From assembly GCA_963662585.1 (NCBI GenBank), contig OY759729.1:2528001-2592000 (forward strand): a DNA stretch of 64,000 bases, in the 5' to 3' direction. Source of the stretch: Candidatus Cloacimonadales bacterium. GTDB lineage: Bacteria; Cloacimonadota; Cloacimonadia; Cloacimonadales; JAFGVF01. The notes under the pieces are model-generated. The model did not search any database. It saw only the letters and a list, made by a program, of their open reading frames with translations, and was not told the DNA's origin. Of the stretch, positions 19,539 to 28,399 are shown in pieces (the first letter of the stretch is position 1; every line of letters begins with the position of its first letter). The position numbers and the translations under genes were made by a program.

Positions 19539-20390
19539 AACTTTTTAGTATATGTCGCCCTTGCAGGGCTATCTTCTCGTAGAGACTTCTAGGAGTGTCT
19601 TGCGAACACTCCCTATTATATGTTATCCCTCCGGGATTTTAGAGGTTATTACCCAATTTTTAGAGGGCAAAAAATGTTTTGTCCCCCATTCGTGGAAAGT
19701 CCTTTTAATTCGCGTTAATTAGTGTGAAAGGTATTTGCATTTCTCTTTGTCTTTTCTATCTTCTTCGTGTAATTGGTGAAATTTGTGGATAGGTTCTTTT
19801 CTTTTAACTTTTTAGTATATGTCGCCCTTGTAGGGTTATTATCTAGTCGTTAACTCTAGGAGTGTCTTGTGAACACTCCCTATTATATGTTATCCCTCCG
19901 GGATTTTAGAGGTTGTTACCCAATTTTTAGAGGGCAAAAAAATGTTTTGCCCCTCCATTCGTGGAAATTCCTTTTAATTCGCGTTAATTAGTGTGAAAGG
20001 TATTTGCATTTCTCTTTGTCTTTTCTATCTTCTTCGTGTAATTGGTGAAATTTGTGGATAGGTTCTTTTCTTTTAACTTTTTAGTATGTGTCGCCCTTGC
20101 AGGGCTATCTTCTCGTAGAGACTTCTAGGAGTGTCTTGCGAACACTCCCTATTATATGTTATCCCTCCGGGATTAAAGAGGTTATTACCCAATTTTTAGA
20201 GGGCAAAAAAATGTTTTGCCCCTCCATTCGTGGAAATTCCTTTTAATTCGCGTTAATTAGTGTGAAAGGTATTGCATTTCTCTCGTGGAAATTCCTTTTA
20301 ATTCGCGTTAATTAGTGTGAAAGATATTCGCATTTCTCTTTGTCTCTTCTATCTTCTTCGTGTAATTGGTGAAATTTGTGGATAGGTTTT
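19539..20390 (+). repeat. 3x ~268-bp tandem composite repeat, each starting with a family A four-hairpin unit
   Basis: Units start at 19539, 19806, 20075; third unit has an internal duplication of TCGTGGAAATTCCTTTTAATTCGCGTTAATTAGTGTGAAAG. Confidence 0.93.
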
Positions 20391-20544
20391 GTTTCTTTTA
20401 AACAGCTTTGAAAAATTGAAAGGGATTGTTTGTTCTGTGGTAATTTCCCTAAGTAGCAGAAAAAACAAGGTAAAATGATTTTTATATTGACATTGACGCA
20501 GTCTAAGAAAAAATTATAAAAAAATACCCAAAAAAGGTTTAAAT

Positions 20545-21594
20545 ATGAGAAATAAAGTCGATAAAGTAAACAATAGAAAACAATTAGCAAAGAAGAAGAA
20601 ACCATTTGTACAGGATTGGGTAGAGGCCATACTCTACGCCTTAGTAGTAGCTATGATAATTCGTAACTTTACTTTCCAGAATTTTAAAATTCCTTCAGGT
20701 TCCATGGAAAACACACTTTTAGTGGGTGATTATTTGGTAGCCAATAAGATGAAATTCCATTTTACTGATCCTAAGCGAGGGGAGATAGTTACTTTTAGAA
20801 TGCCAACAGATCCTGATAATCCTAATGATATTGATTTAAGTGATCCACAAAATTCAATGAATCCTTTTGCTAAATATACAGGCTTTTACAAAGAGTTGTA
20901 CGCACCTCTTTATATTAATACCGCTAAATTCTTTGATATAACAGCTTGGACTTGGTTTGGAATTACTTATTATGCTCCTAAAAATATTGTGAAGAGGGTG
21001 ATAGGCCTTCCTGGCGATACTGTAGAAATTATCAATCGAGAGATTCTTATCAATGGTGAAAATATAGGGACATATCACGGAGTCTATAAAACATATTTTA
21101 GTTATCCTAAGTTACTTAATCAATTCACTAGTTTTTATAACAAAGATAGGGCTGGCTATATGACTAATTTTGGTAATAATTCGCCTGAAGCAGTTGCTCA
21201 GTATGTCTATTTTAACTTTAATGGCTTAAATGAGGATTTGAGTAAAGTGAGTATTCAAGGACCTGATCAAAGATTTTTAAGTTTTATTCATGAATATAAT
21301 GCAAGCAAGGAAAACCCATATCAAATTTCTTGGGAAAATGAAGAGATGGGGACTCCGGATAATTTTGGTCCGGTAACAGTTCCTGAGGATAATTATTTTG
21401 TAATGGGTGATAACAGAAATAATAGCTATGATGGCCGATATTGGGGCTTTTTATCTCGTGAACATATTAGTGGTACTCCAAGTTTGATATTCTTCTCAAG
21501 AGATGAATCTTCTGTAGATAGAATGCAGGGAAGAGATGCTGTTAATAGATCGGGAAAAGTCCGTTGGGATAGGCTCTTTAAAATAGTGAAATAG
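20545..21594 (+). CDS. lepB: Signal peptidase I
   Basis: IPSGSMENTL (Ser), VKRVIGLPGD (Lys), MGDNRNNSYDGRYWG. Confidence 0.95.
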   Translation: MRNKVDKVNNRKQLAKKKKPFVQDWVEAILYALVVAMIIRNFTFQNFKIPSGSMENTLLVGDYLVANKMKFHFTDPKRGEIVTFRMPTDPDNPNDIDLSDPQNSMNPFAKYTGFYKELYAPLYINTAKFFDITAWTWFGITYYAPKNIVKRVIGLPGDTVEIINREILINGENIGTYHGVYKTYFSYPKLLNQFTSFYNKDRAGYMTNFGNNSPEAVAQYVYFNFNGLNEDLSKVSIQGPDQRFLSFIHEYNASKENPYQISWENEEMGTPDNFGPVTVPEDNYFVMGDNRNNSYDGRYWGFLSREHISGTPSLIFFSRDESSVDRMQGRDAVNRSGKVRWDRLFKIVK

Positions 21595-22712
21595 TGAAAA
21601 AGCAAATTAATCACTTTTATATACATTTTCCATTTTGCACAAGTCGTTGTGGATACTGCTCATTTTACACTGAGCAGTTTTCACTTATAGCTAGGGATAA
21701 TTTCGTTAAATTATTAACTTCAGAAATTAAAGAGTCTAGCTTACTCTATGATTTTGATCCTAAAACAATCTATTTTGGGGGTGGAACTCCTTCTCTTTTA
21801 TTTCCTGATAAACTAAAGGAAATTATTGAGCAAATTACAGATAAAGCTGAGAATTGCGAAATTACCTTGGAATGCAATCCTATTACTTTGACGAAAGCTT
21901 ATATTGAAGATCTTGCTCAAAGTGGAGTAAACAGGGTAAGTTTGGGTATTCAGTCTTTACAAGAGTCTAACTTAAAATATTTAGGTAGGAAGCATTCACC
22001 TCATCAAGTAGCTCAAGTTATCAAAGAACTTAGAGCCCATGGCTTTAAGAATATCTCAGGTGATTTAATTTATGGTATTCCCAATCAAAGGATTATTGAT
22101 ATTCAAGAAGATATTAAGGAATTTTTAAAATTAGATTTGGATCATATCTCTATTTATTGCTTATCTTTAGAAGAAGATACTTCTTTATTTAAGGATTTAA
22201 AACTTATTCCTGAAGATGAAATTGTAGCTGAGATGTATCAGCTAATTTGCGACAAGTTAGAAGAATCAGGATTTGAGCAGTATGAGATATCAAATTTTGC
22301 CAAGGGTAATTGCTGTTCAAAAAATAACTTAGCTTACTGGGAGCAGAAAGATTATTTAGGCTTAGGAGCAGGAGCTTATGGCACGATAGCTAATTTGCGT
22401 TATAATAATAGTAGCTTTAGTGAATGGGAGATGGATGTTAAAAACAAAAGATTATTCCCGAACAGAGAATATTTAACAGAAAGAGACAAAATGAATGAAT
22501 ATATAATGCTTCAACTTAGGCTAAATAAGGGACTAAGTACTGAACAGCTTAAAATAAAATATAATTTTGATATTTGGGCAGAAAAAAAAGAGCTTATTCA
22601 CTCTTTTCTTGAGTCTAATCTTATAGAAAAAGAAGAGGAAAGATTATGCTTGACTTATAAGAGTAGGTTTATATCAAATTATATTATCTCAGAATTAATG
22701 GAGGACAAGTGA
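21594..22712 (+). CDS. hemW: Radical SAM heme chaperone HemW-like (HemN family)
   Basis: YIHFPFC-TSRC-GYC, YFGGGTPS, DLIYGIP, YEISNFA; the usual HNxxYW reads NNLAYW. Confidence 0.85.
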   Translation: MKKQINHFYIHFPFCTSRCGYCSFYTEQFSLIARDNFVKLLTSEIKESSLLYDFDPKTIYFGGGTPSLLFPDKLKEIIEQITDKAENCEITLECNPITLTKAYIEDLAQSGVNRVSLGIQSLQESNLKYLGRKHSPHQVAQVIKELRAHGFKNISGDLIYGIPNQRIIDIQEDIKEFLKLDLDHISIYCLSLEEDTSLFKDLKLIPEDEIVAEMYQLICDKLEESGFEQYEISNFAKGNCCSKNNLAYWEQKDYLGLGAGAYGTIANLRYNNSSFSEWEMDVKNKRLFPNREYLTERDKMNEYIMLQLRLNKGLSTEQLKIKYNFDIWAEKKELIHSFLESNLIEKEEERLCLTYKSRFISNYIISELMEDK

Positions 22713-23959
22713 AGAAAGTAGGGATATTTATCTTATTCTTAACTAGTATTTTAATAATAAATAGTGAAATATTAATTCCTATGGATAATAGTCAGAGTAA
22801 TCATCTTAGAGCTTATGGAGTTGTTTTTCGAAGCTTACAGAATCAACAAACTGCTAAGTGGCTTCTTAATTATCGTGGTGGTTCTTTCTTGTGCAATGAT
22901 AGTCAAACAGTTATTAATGACTTACACTTAAGTGGAGTTAGTTATGAGAATATTTCAGGAAATGAAGTTGCTTCTATTTATGCTACAATAAATGAAGAGA
23001 ATATGGATGTTGTCCTTTTAGAGGTAGAACCTAAAATAGCTGTTTATACCCCACCGAATAAAGTCCCTTGGGATGATGCGGTTACTTTAGCCTTGACTTA
23101 TGCAGGAATAGAGTATGATACTCTCTGGGATGAAGAGGTAATTACTAAAGGTTTAGATGATTATGATTGGGTGCATTTGCATCATGAAGATTTTACTGGG
23201 CAGTTTGGTAAGTTTTATGCATCCTATAGATTTGCCGATTGGTATCAAGAAGAAGTAAGAATTAATGAAGAGATGGCAGATAAATTAGGCTATAATAAGG
23301 TCTGGGAATTAAAGCATGCGGTAGCTGAAAAAATAAGAGCTTTTGTTGTAAATGGAGGATTCTTATTCGCTATGTGTGGAGCTACAGATACTATTGATAT
23401 AGCTTTAGCAGCTTCGAATGTAGATATAGTACCTAAAGAGTTTGATGGTGATGGGATCGACCCAAATTATCGTTCAAAGTTAGATTTTACCCATACTTTT
23501 GTTTTTGAGAATTTTAAGATTGAAGAGAATCCAATGATCTATGAATATTCAGATATAGATGCTTCAGATTATGCTGCGATTAGAGGGGCTGAAGCTGATT
23601 ATTTTCAGCTCTTTGATTTCTCGGCTAAGTTTGACCCTGTTCCTACAATGCTAACTCAAAATCATGGCTCAATTGTAGATGGCTTCTTGGGTATGACTAC
23701 TTCTTTCAAAAAGAAATATATTAAAAAAAGTGTGATTGTCTTGGGTGAAATCCCTAATTCTGATGAAACTAAATATATTCATGGTAATCTGGGAAAGGGT
23801 ACTTTTACTTTTTATGGAGGACATGATCCTGAGGATTATCGCCACTTGATAGGAGATCCTGAAACTGTATTGGATTTACATAAAAATTCCAAAGGCTATA
23901 GGTTGATTCTCAACAATGTTCTTTTCCCAGCAGCAGAAAAAAAGAAATTAAAAACATAG
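22709..23959 (+). CDS. Conserved exported protein with class I glutamine amidotransferase-like fold (family often labelled 'asparagine synthetase B')
   Basis: Signal peptide; WLLNYRGGSF, HLHHEDFTGQ, GGFLFAMC, GGHDPEDY motifs. Confidence 0.65.
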   Translation: MKKVGIFILFLTSILIINSEILIPMDNSQSNHLRAYGVVFRSLQNQQTAKWLLNYRGGSFLCNDSQTVINDLHLSGVSYENISGNEVASIYATINEENMDVVLLEVEPKIAVYTPPNKVPWDDAVTLALTYAGIEYDTLWDEEVITKGLDDYDWVHLHHEDFTGQFGKFYASYRFADWYQEEVRINEEMADKLGYNKVWELKHAVAEKIRAFVVNGGFLFAMCGATDTIDIALAASNVDIVPKEFDGDGIDPNYRSKLDFTHTFVFENFKIEENPMIYEYSDIDASDYAAIRGAEADYFQLFDFSAKFDPVPTMLTQNHGSIVDGFLGMTTSFKKKYIKKSVIVLGEIPNSDETKYIHGNLGKGTFTFYGGHDPEDYRHLIGDPETVLDLHKNSKGYRLILNNVLFPAAEKKKLKT

Positions 23960-23967
23960 GATAGATT

Positions 23968-24873
23968 ATGAGTAATTATTATAAAAATAGAAGAAGTATC
24001 GAAATAAAAGTGGGGATTTTCTTTATCCTTGGAATAGTTGTTTTAACTTTAGGCGTGGTCTTTCTACAAGATATTTTTTATTCTGGCGATCGAGAAGAAA
24101 TTACGATAAAATTTCCCACCACTGATGGTTTAGATCCAGGGGATAAGGTGAAGCTTAACGGTATTGCAATAGGAAAAATTACTGATATATCGTTAATCCA
24201 GGAAGGTGTTTTGGTTAAAGCTATGATTCAAGTACCTGAATTTCAGCTTTCAGAAGATTCATATTTCCTAGCTTCAGAAAGTAGCTTGATGGGGGGACAT
24301 CACTTAGAAATAATCCCTGGGAGTAGTAGTGAAAAACTTGATTTTAATAAGCTACAAATAGGAAAAACTGGTAACTCAATCTATGGAATGATTAATGAAG
24401 CTAAAACGCTGATAGTTGATCTAAGTGGTGTAATTACTAGTATTAACAGTAATATAGATATAATCGATTCAACTAAGGTTTTTATACATAACTCTGATAA
24501 GGCGATAAAAAATCTGAACTCAATTCTTACTGATAATAAGCAAGATATTGAAGAAATTGTAGCTAATTTGCAGAAATCTACCCACACTTTGAACTTGCTT
24601 CTAACTAATAATAAGAGTAATATAGATAGCACTTTAACTAATATTCCTGAAACGATTAATAATCTTAATGCTAATTTGGCAGAGCTAAAAGACTTTGTTT
24701 TTAAGTTAAACGCTATGTTTGATGAATATCAAGAATCCGATAGTACAGTCAGAAAACTCTTAGAAGAAAAAGAACTCTATGAGAAATTAAATAAAACTAT
24801 TGATGAAGCAGATAGTCTGCTTAAAGATATAAAGAAAAATCCTAAGAAATATATTGATTTAAAAATCTTCTAA
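23968..24873 (+). CDS. MlaD/MCE family protein
   Basis: N-terminal TM helix, GLDPGDKVKLNGIAIGKI MCE motif, helical tail ending DIKKNPKKY. Confidence 0.9.
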   Translation: MSNYYKNRRSIEIKVGIFFILGIVVLTLGVVFLQDIFYSGDREEITIKFPTTDGLDPGDKVKLNGIAIGKITDISLIQEGVLVKAMIQVPEFQLSEDSYFLASESSLMGGHHLEIIPGSSSEKLDFNKLQIGKTGNSIYGMINEAKTLIVDLSGVITSINSNIDIIDSTKVFIHNSDKAIKNLNSILTDNKQDIEEIVANLQKSTHTLNLLLTNNKSNIDSTLTNIPETINNLNANLAELKDFVFKLNAMFDEYQESDSTVRKLLEEKELYEKLNKTIDEADSLLKDIKKNPKKYIDLKIF

Positions 24874-24882
24874 GGGGGATAC

Positions 24883-27800
24883 TTGCGTAAGATTCTACTA
24901 ATAGCGATATTGTTAATAAATATCTTATTTCTTAATGCTCAATACTTTGGCAGAAATAAGATTCAAGATAGAAAAGAAGAGTGGTCTGAGTTAAATACTA
25001 TCCATTTTGATATTTATTTCCCTAAAGGTAGCGATGAGTTTGGTAAGATGATTTCTATTATTGCTGAAGATGCTTATTATTATCTTAGAGAAAGTTTTAA
25101 TACTCCTCTTAAAGGGAGAATTCCTCTTATAGTTTATCCTTCACAACAAGATTTTATGACAACAAATGTGATTAGTCAACTACTATCAGAAGGTGTTGGA
25201 GGATTTACAGAGAGCTATAAAAATAGAGTAGTTATTCCTTTTAATGGATCTTACAAAGATTTAGAAGATGTTTTAACTCATGAATTAACTCATGCTTATG
25301 TTAATGCTTTAGATAATCAAAGTGCTTTAAAAGGCTCTTATGGTTCTACTAATAGTAGATTACCTTTTTGGTTTACCGAGGGTTTGCCTGAATTTTTATC
25401 CTTAGTAGGAGAAGAGAAACATAACGATATGTTTATCTTAGATTTAGTTCTTAATGATAAACTCCAGCCTTTAGAACAGGTCGGGGGCTATTTTGCTTAC
25501 CGACAAGGTGAATCATTTCTTAACTTTATCAATAGCGAATATGGTAGAGATAAGGTAATGGAACTTTTCTATGCCTTTAGACATCAAGGTGATCCTGATA
25601 AAGTAGCAAAAGAACTTTTTGGTATGACTTTCCACAATCTAGAATTAAGCTGGAAAAACTATCTTAAAAGGAAATACTTACCTTATTTAACTGAAATGAA
25701 AATGCCTTATGAGTTTAGTCAGAGATTAACTGACCATGAAAATGAAGGTGGATCTAGGAATTATGGGGGAAGAATAAGTCCTGATGGCTCTAAATATATT
25801 TATTTCACAGATCGGAATTGGCGTCAAAGTGTTTGGTTAGGTAGCTTTTATGAACCTGAGAAAAACAATAAAAAGATTTTCACAGGTGAAGCTACAGGTA
25901 AGTTTGAAGGTTTTAACTATGATAAAAATAATCTTTGCTGGTTCCCTGATGGAGAAAAGTTTGCCCTTGTAGCAAAAACAGCTAAAGGTGATAGAATATA
26001 TTTTATGAACACCAAGGGGAAGGTTCTAGATATCATTGAGATTGAGGGAGTTGATTCAATTTTTGAATTGGATATTTCTGATGATGCCCAAAAAATGGTA
26101 TTCTCAGGGGCGTCAAATTTTCAAACAGATTTATACATCTATGATCTTGAAACTAAAGAGATAAATCAAATAACTAATGATATCTACTTCAATAGACAGC
26201 CTAATTTCTCTAAAGATTCTGCCAAAATAGCATTCGTTTCGGAAAGAGTACTAAATCCAAGACTCAGAGATGGTTACTTCTCAGGATTAACTAACCACAT
26301 CTATATTTATGATATCTTGAGTAAGAGCTTTGAACAGGTTACTTTTGGTGAAGACAATTACAAACTTCCTAAATGGATAGGAGCTAGCAGTGACTCTCTT
26401 TTTGTATTGAGTGATGAAAAGCTTTCTAATTTATATCTTTTAGATTTAGTAAATAATCAAAAAGCTCAAGTTACAAATGTTATCTCTGGTGTATTGAGCT
26501 ATGACATGAGTGATAATAGATCAAAGCTATTGTTCTCTGACTATCATGACCGAGGATGGGACTTGTATTACTATGATTATCCTTTAGATAATTTAACCAT
26601 GGAAGCTTATCCAAAACCAGTTCCTGTTGCTTTTGACAATGATAGAGAACTTTTCTTTAATGAAAATCGATATCAAGAAATAGGGAAAGCAGATAGAAAA
26701 TTCGAAAAGGTGTCTGTTGATTTAAGAAACTTTAAAGGTACTATCGTTGACTTCAATAAAGAGAGAGAAGTTGATAAGCCTGATAGTCTAGTATTCCTAA
26801 CTAATTTCCAAATTGATGATGTTCCTGATTCTTTAAGAGTTACTCCTACAATTGGGGATTATAAAGTAAAATTTAGATTAGATAATATCTGGGGTGGGGC
26901 AGGATACTCATCTTCAGATGGGGCCGTTGGCTTTGTCCAAGCTAGTTTTAGTGATTTAATGGGTAATCATGGTCTGGGAGTAAATCTCGGCTTAGCAGGG
27001 AAATTAGATGACTCTAGTTTATCCCTACGCTATTTATATTTGCCATACAGAGTAGATTTCGGTATAGGTGCTCATTACCTTAATTCCGAATCTATCTACA
27101 GAGACAGATATTCTCCAAATGTATTTTATAAAAAAAATGAACAGCAGATGGGCCTTAGTTTAATGACTAATTACCCACTTAATAAATTCTGGAGAATTGA
27201 ACTTACTAACTTAGTCTTTAATTATAAATCTGACTGGGATTTATCTCTAGATTATGAAGAGAATTGGACAGGGATTGGGGAAGAGCTTGATCCAGTTTTT
27301 TCTAAAGAAGATTATTTAATTTATAGACCAACTTTATCAATCGTTCATGATAATTCCCTTTATGGTCCAACTGGTCCTCTAATGGGCTGGCGAGGAGTCT
27401 ATACTCTTCAAGCTGATATCGGTACTAAGGAAGAGGAAAGTATTACTAATTACTTCGATATAAGAGGCTATAAGTTCTTTAATAAACGCTATGCAGTGGC
27501 TGGAAGAGTCTTAGGTGGATTCTCACGCGGTAAAGGTGCTTATGAATTTGAATTAGACTCTTTCCAAGGGGTAAGAGGTTATTATGATAATGAACCAGGT
27601 AGAAAAAACAAACTTATGACCAGTTTAGAACTTAGATTCCCCTTCTTAGATTATATGGATATAGCCTTCCCATTACCTCTTGTTTTAGGTAATATCAGAG
27701 GCGCTGTATTTACTGATGTGGGGGTGATTTGGGGTGAAAATGCTTATGATGAAGATTATAGCTTCGATGCTATAAAAGATAATAGATTAGAAGATATTAA

Positions 27801-27930
27801 AATGGGCTTTGGCTTTGGTCCAAGATTTAGTCTGGGCTATTTAGTCCTAAAATTCGATTTTGCTTGGGATACAGATTTAGTGGATTATGGGAAACCAACC
27901 TATTTCTTCAGTATCTATGAGGAATTTTAA
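24883..27930 (+). CDS. Peptidase MA-like + PD40/TolB propeller + Omp85 (BamA/TamA-like) barrel protein
   Basis: HELTH..PFWFTEG; SPDG/FPDG repeats; VRGY, ELRFP, GFGFGPR, terminal Phe. Confidence 0.8.
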   Translation: MRKILLIAILLINILFLNAQYFGRNKIQDRKEEWSELNTIHFDIYFPKGSDEFGKMISIIAEDAYYYLRESFNTPLKGRIPLIVYPSQQDFMTTNVISQLLSEGVGGFTESYKNRVVIPFNGSYKDLEDVLTHELTHAYVNALDNQSALKGSYGSTNSRLPFWFTEGLPEFLSLVGEEKHNDMFILDLVLNDKLQPLEQVGGYFAYRQGESFLNFINSEYGRDKVMELFYAFRHQGDPDKVAKELFGMTFHNLELSWKNYLKRKYLPYLTEMKMPYEFSQRLTDHENEGGSRNYGGRISPDGSKYIYFTDRNWRQSVWLGSFYEPEKNNKKIFTGEATGKFEGFNYDKNNLCWFPDGEKFALVAKTAKGDRIYFMNTKGKVLDIIEIEGVDSIFELDISDDAQKMVFSGASNFQTDLYIYDLETKEINQITNDIYFNRQPNFSKDSAKIAFVSERVLNPRLRDGYFSGLTNHIYIYDILSKSFEQVTFGEDNYKLPKWIGASSDSLFVLSDEKLSNLYLLDLVNNQKAQVTNVISGVLSYDMSDNRSKLLFSDYHDRGWDLYYYDYPLDNLTMEAYPKPVPVAFDNDRELFFNENRYQEIGKADRKFEKVSVDLRNFKGTIVDFNKEREVDKPDSLVFLTNFQIDDVPDSLRVTPTIGDYKVKFRLDNIWGGAGYSSSDGAVGFVQASFSDLMGNHGLGVNLGLAGKLDDSSLSLRYLYLPYRVDFGIGAHYLNSESIYRDRYSPNVFYKKNEQQMGLSLMTNYPLNKFWRIELTNLVFNYKSDWDLSLDYEENWTGIGEELDPVFSKEDYLIYRPTLSIVHDNSLYGPTGPLMGWRGVYTLQADIGTKEEESITNYFDIRGYKFFNKRYAVAGRVLGGFSRGKGAYEFELDSFQGVRGYYDNEPGRKNKLMTSLELRFPFLDYMDIAFPLPLVLGNIRGAVFTDVGVIWGENAYDEDYSFDAIKDNRLEDIKMGFGFGPRFSLGYLVLKFDFAWDTDLVDYGKPTYFFSIYEEF

Positions 27931-28029
27931 TTTAATTGAGAATTTTAAGAAGACAAAGAGACAAAAGGAATGTAGGGGCCTATTGCTATATACCTTCTTG
28001 AATTTTCATGAATTAAGAAAATATCACCA

Positions 28030-28140
28030 AGGGATTAAATAGATTAGCCCAGGGTCTCATTCAAAGAAGTTTAAAAAAAACGAAGTTGAATTGACCCTGG
28101 GTAAAGAGTACCTTCAAAGATTACCCTGTAAGGGTTTAAT
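28030..28140 (+). repeat. Three-hairpin repeat (family I), architecture like family A
   Basis: gggat-N-CCCAGGGT...ACCCTGGG-N-ACCCTGTAAGGGT; homologue at 33185-33318. Confidence 0.7.
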
Positions 28141-28210
28141 AAGGAAAATAAGAATTGTTAAAAAGTGGTCAAGTTTTTAGGCTTGGAAAATAATCGCGAA
28201 TTAAGAGGAA

Positions 28211-28267
28211 TTAAATCCCCCAGGGATGACATCTAATCGGGAGTGTTGGCAAGATACTCCTATGAGG
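28211..28267 (-). repeat. Degenerate partial family A copy
   Basis: ttaaatcccccagggatgacatctaatcgggagtgttggcaagatactcc aligns with 48942-48998. Confidence 0.75.
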
Positions 28268-28399
28268 ATACCTCTCAAAAGAGGTTCCACACGATAGCTG
28301 AGAATCATTAATAAAATGTAAATAGCACGATAAGGCATTGATAAACATAATTAAACGATCAAATTATGTAGAACAGTATTTCCTAACAAAGGAGTAGTA

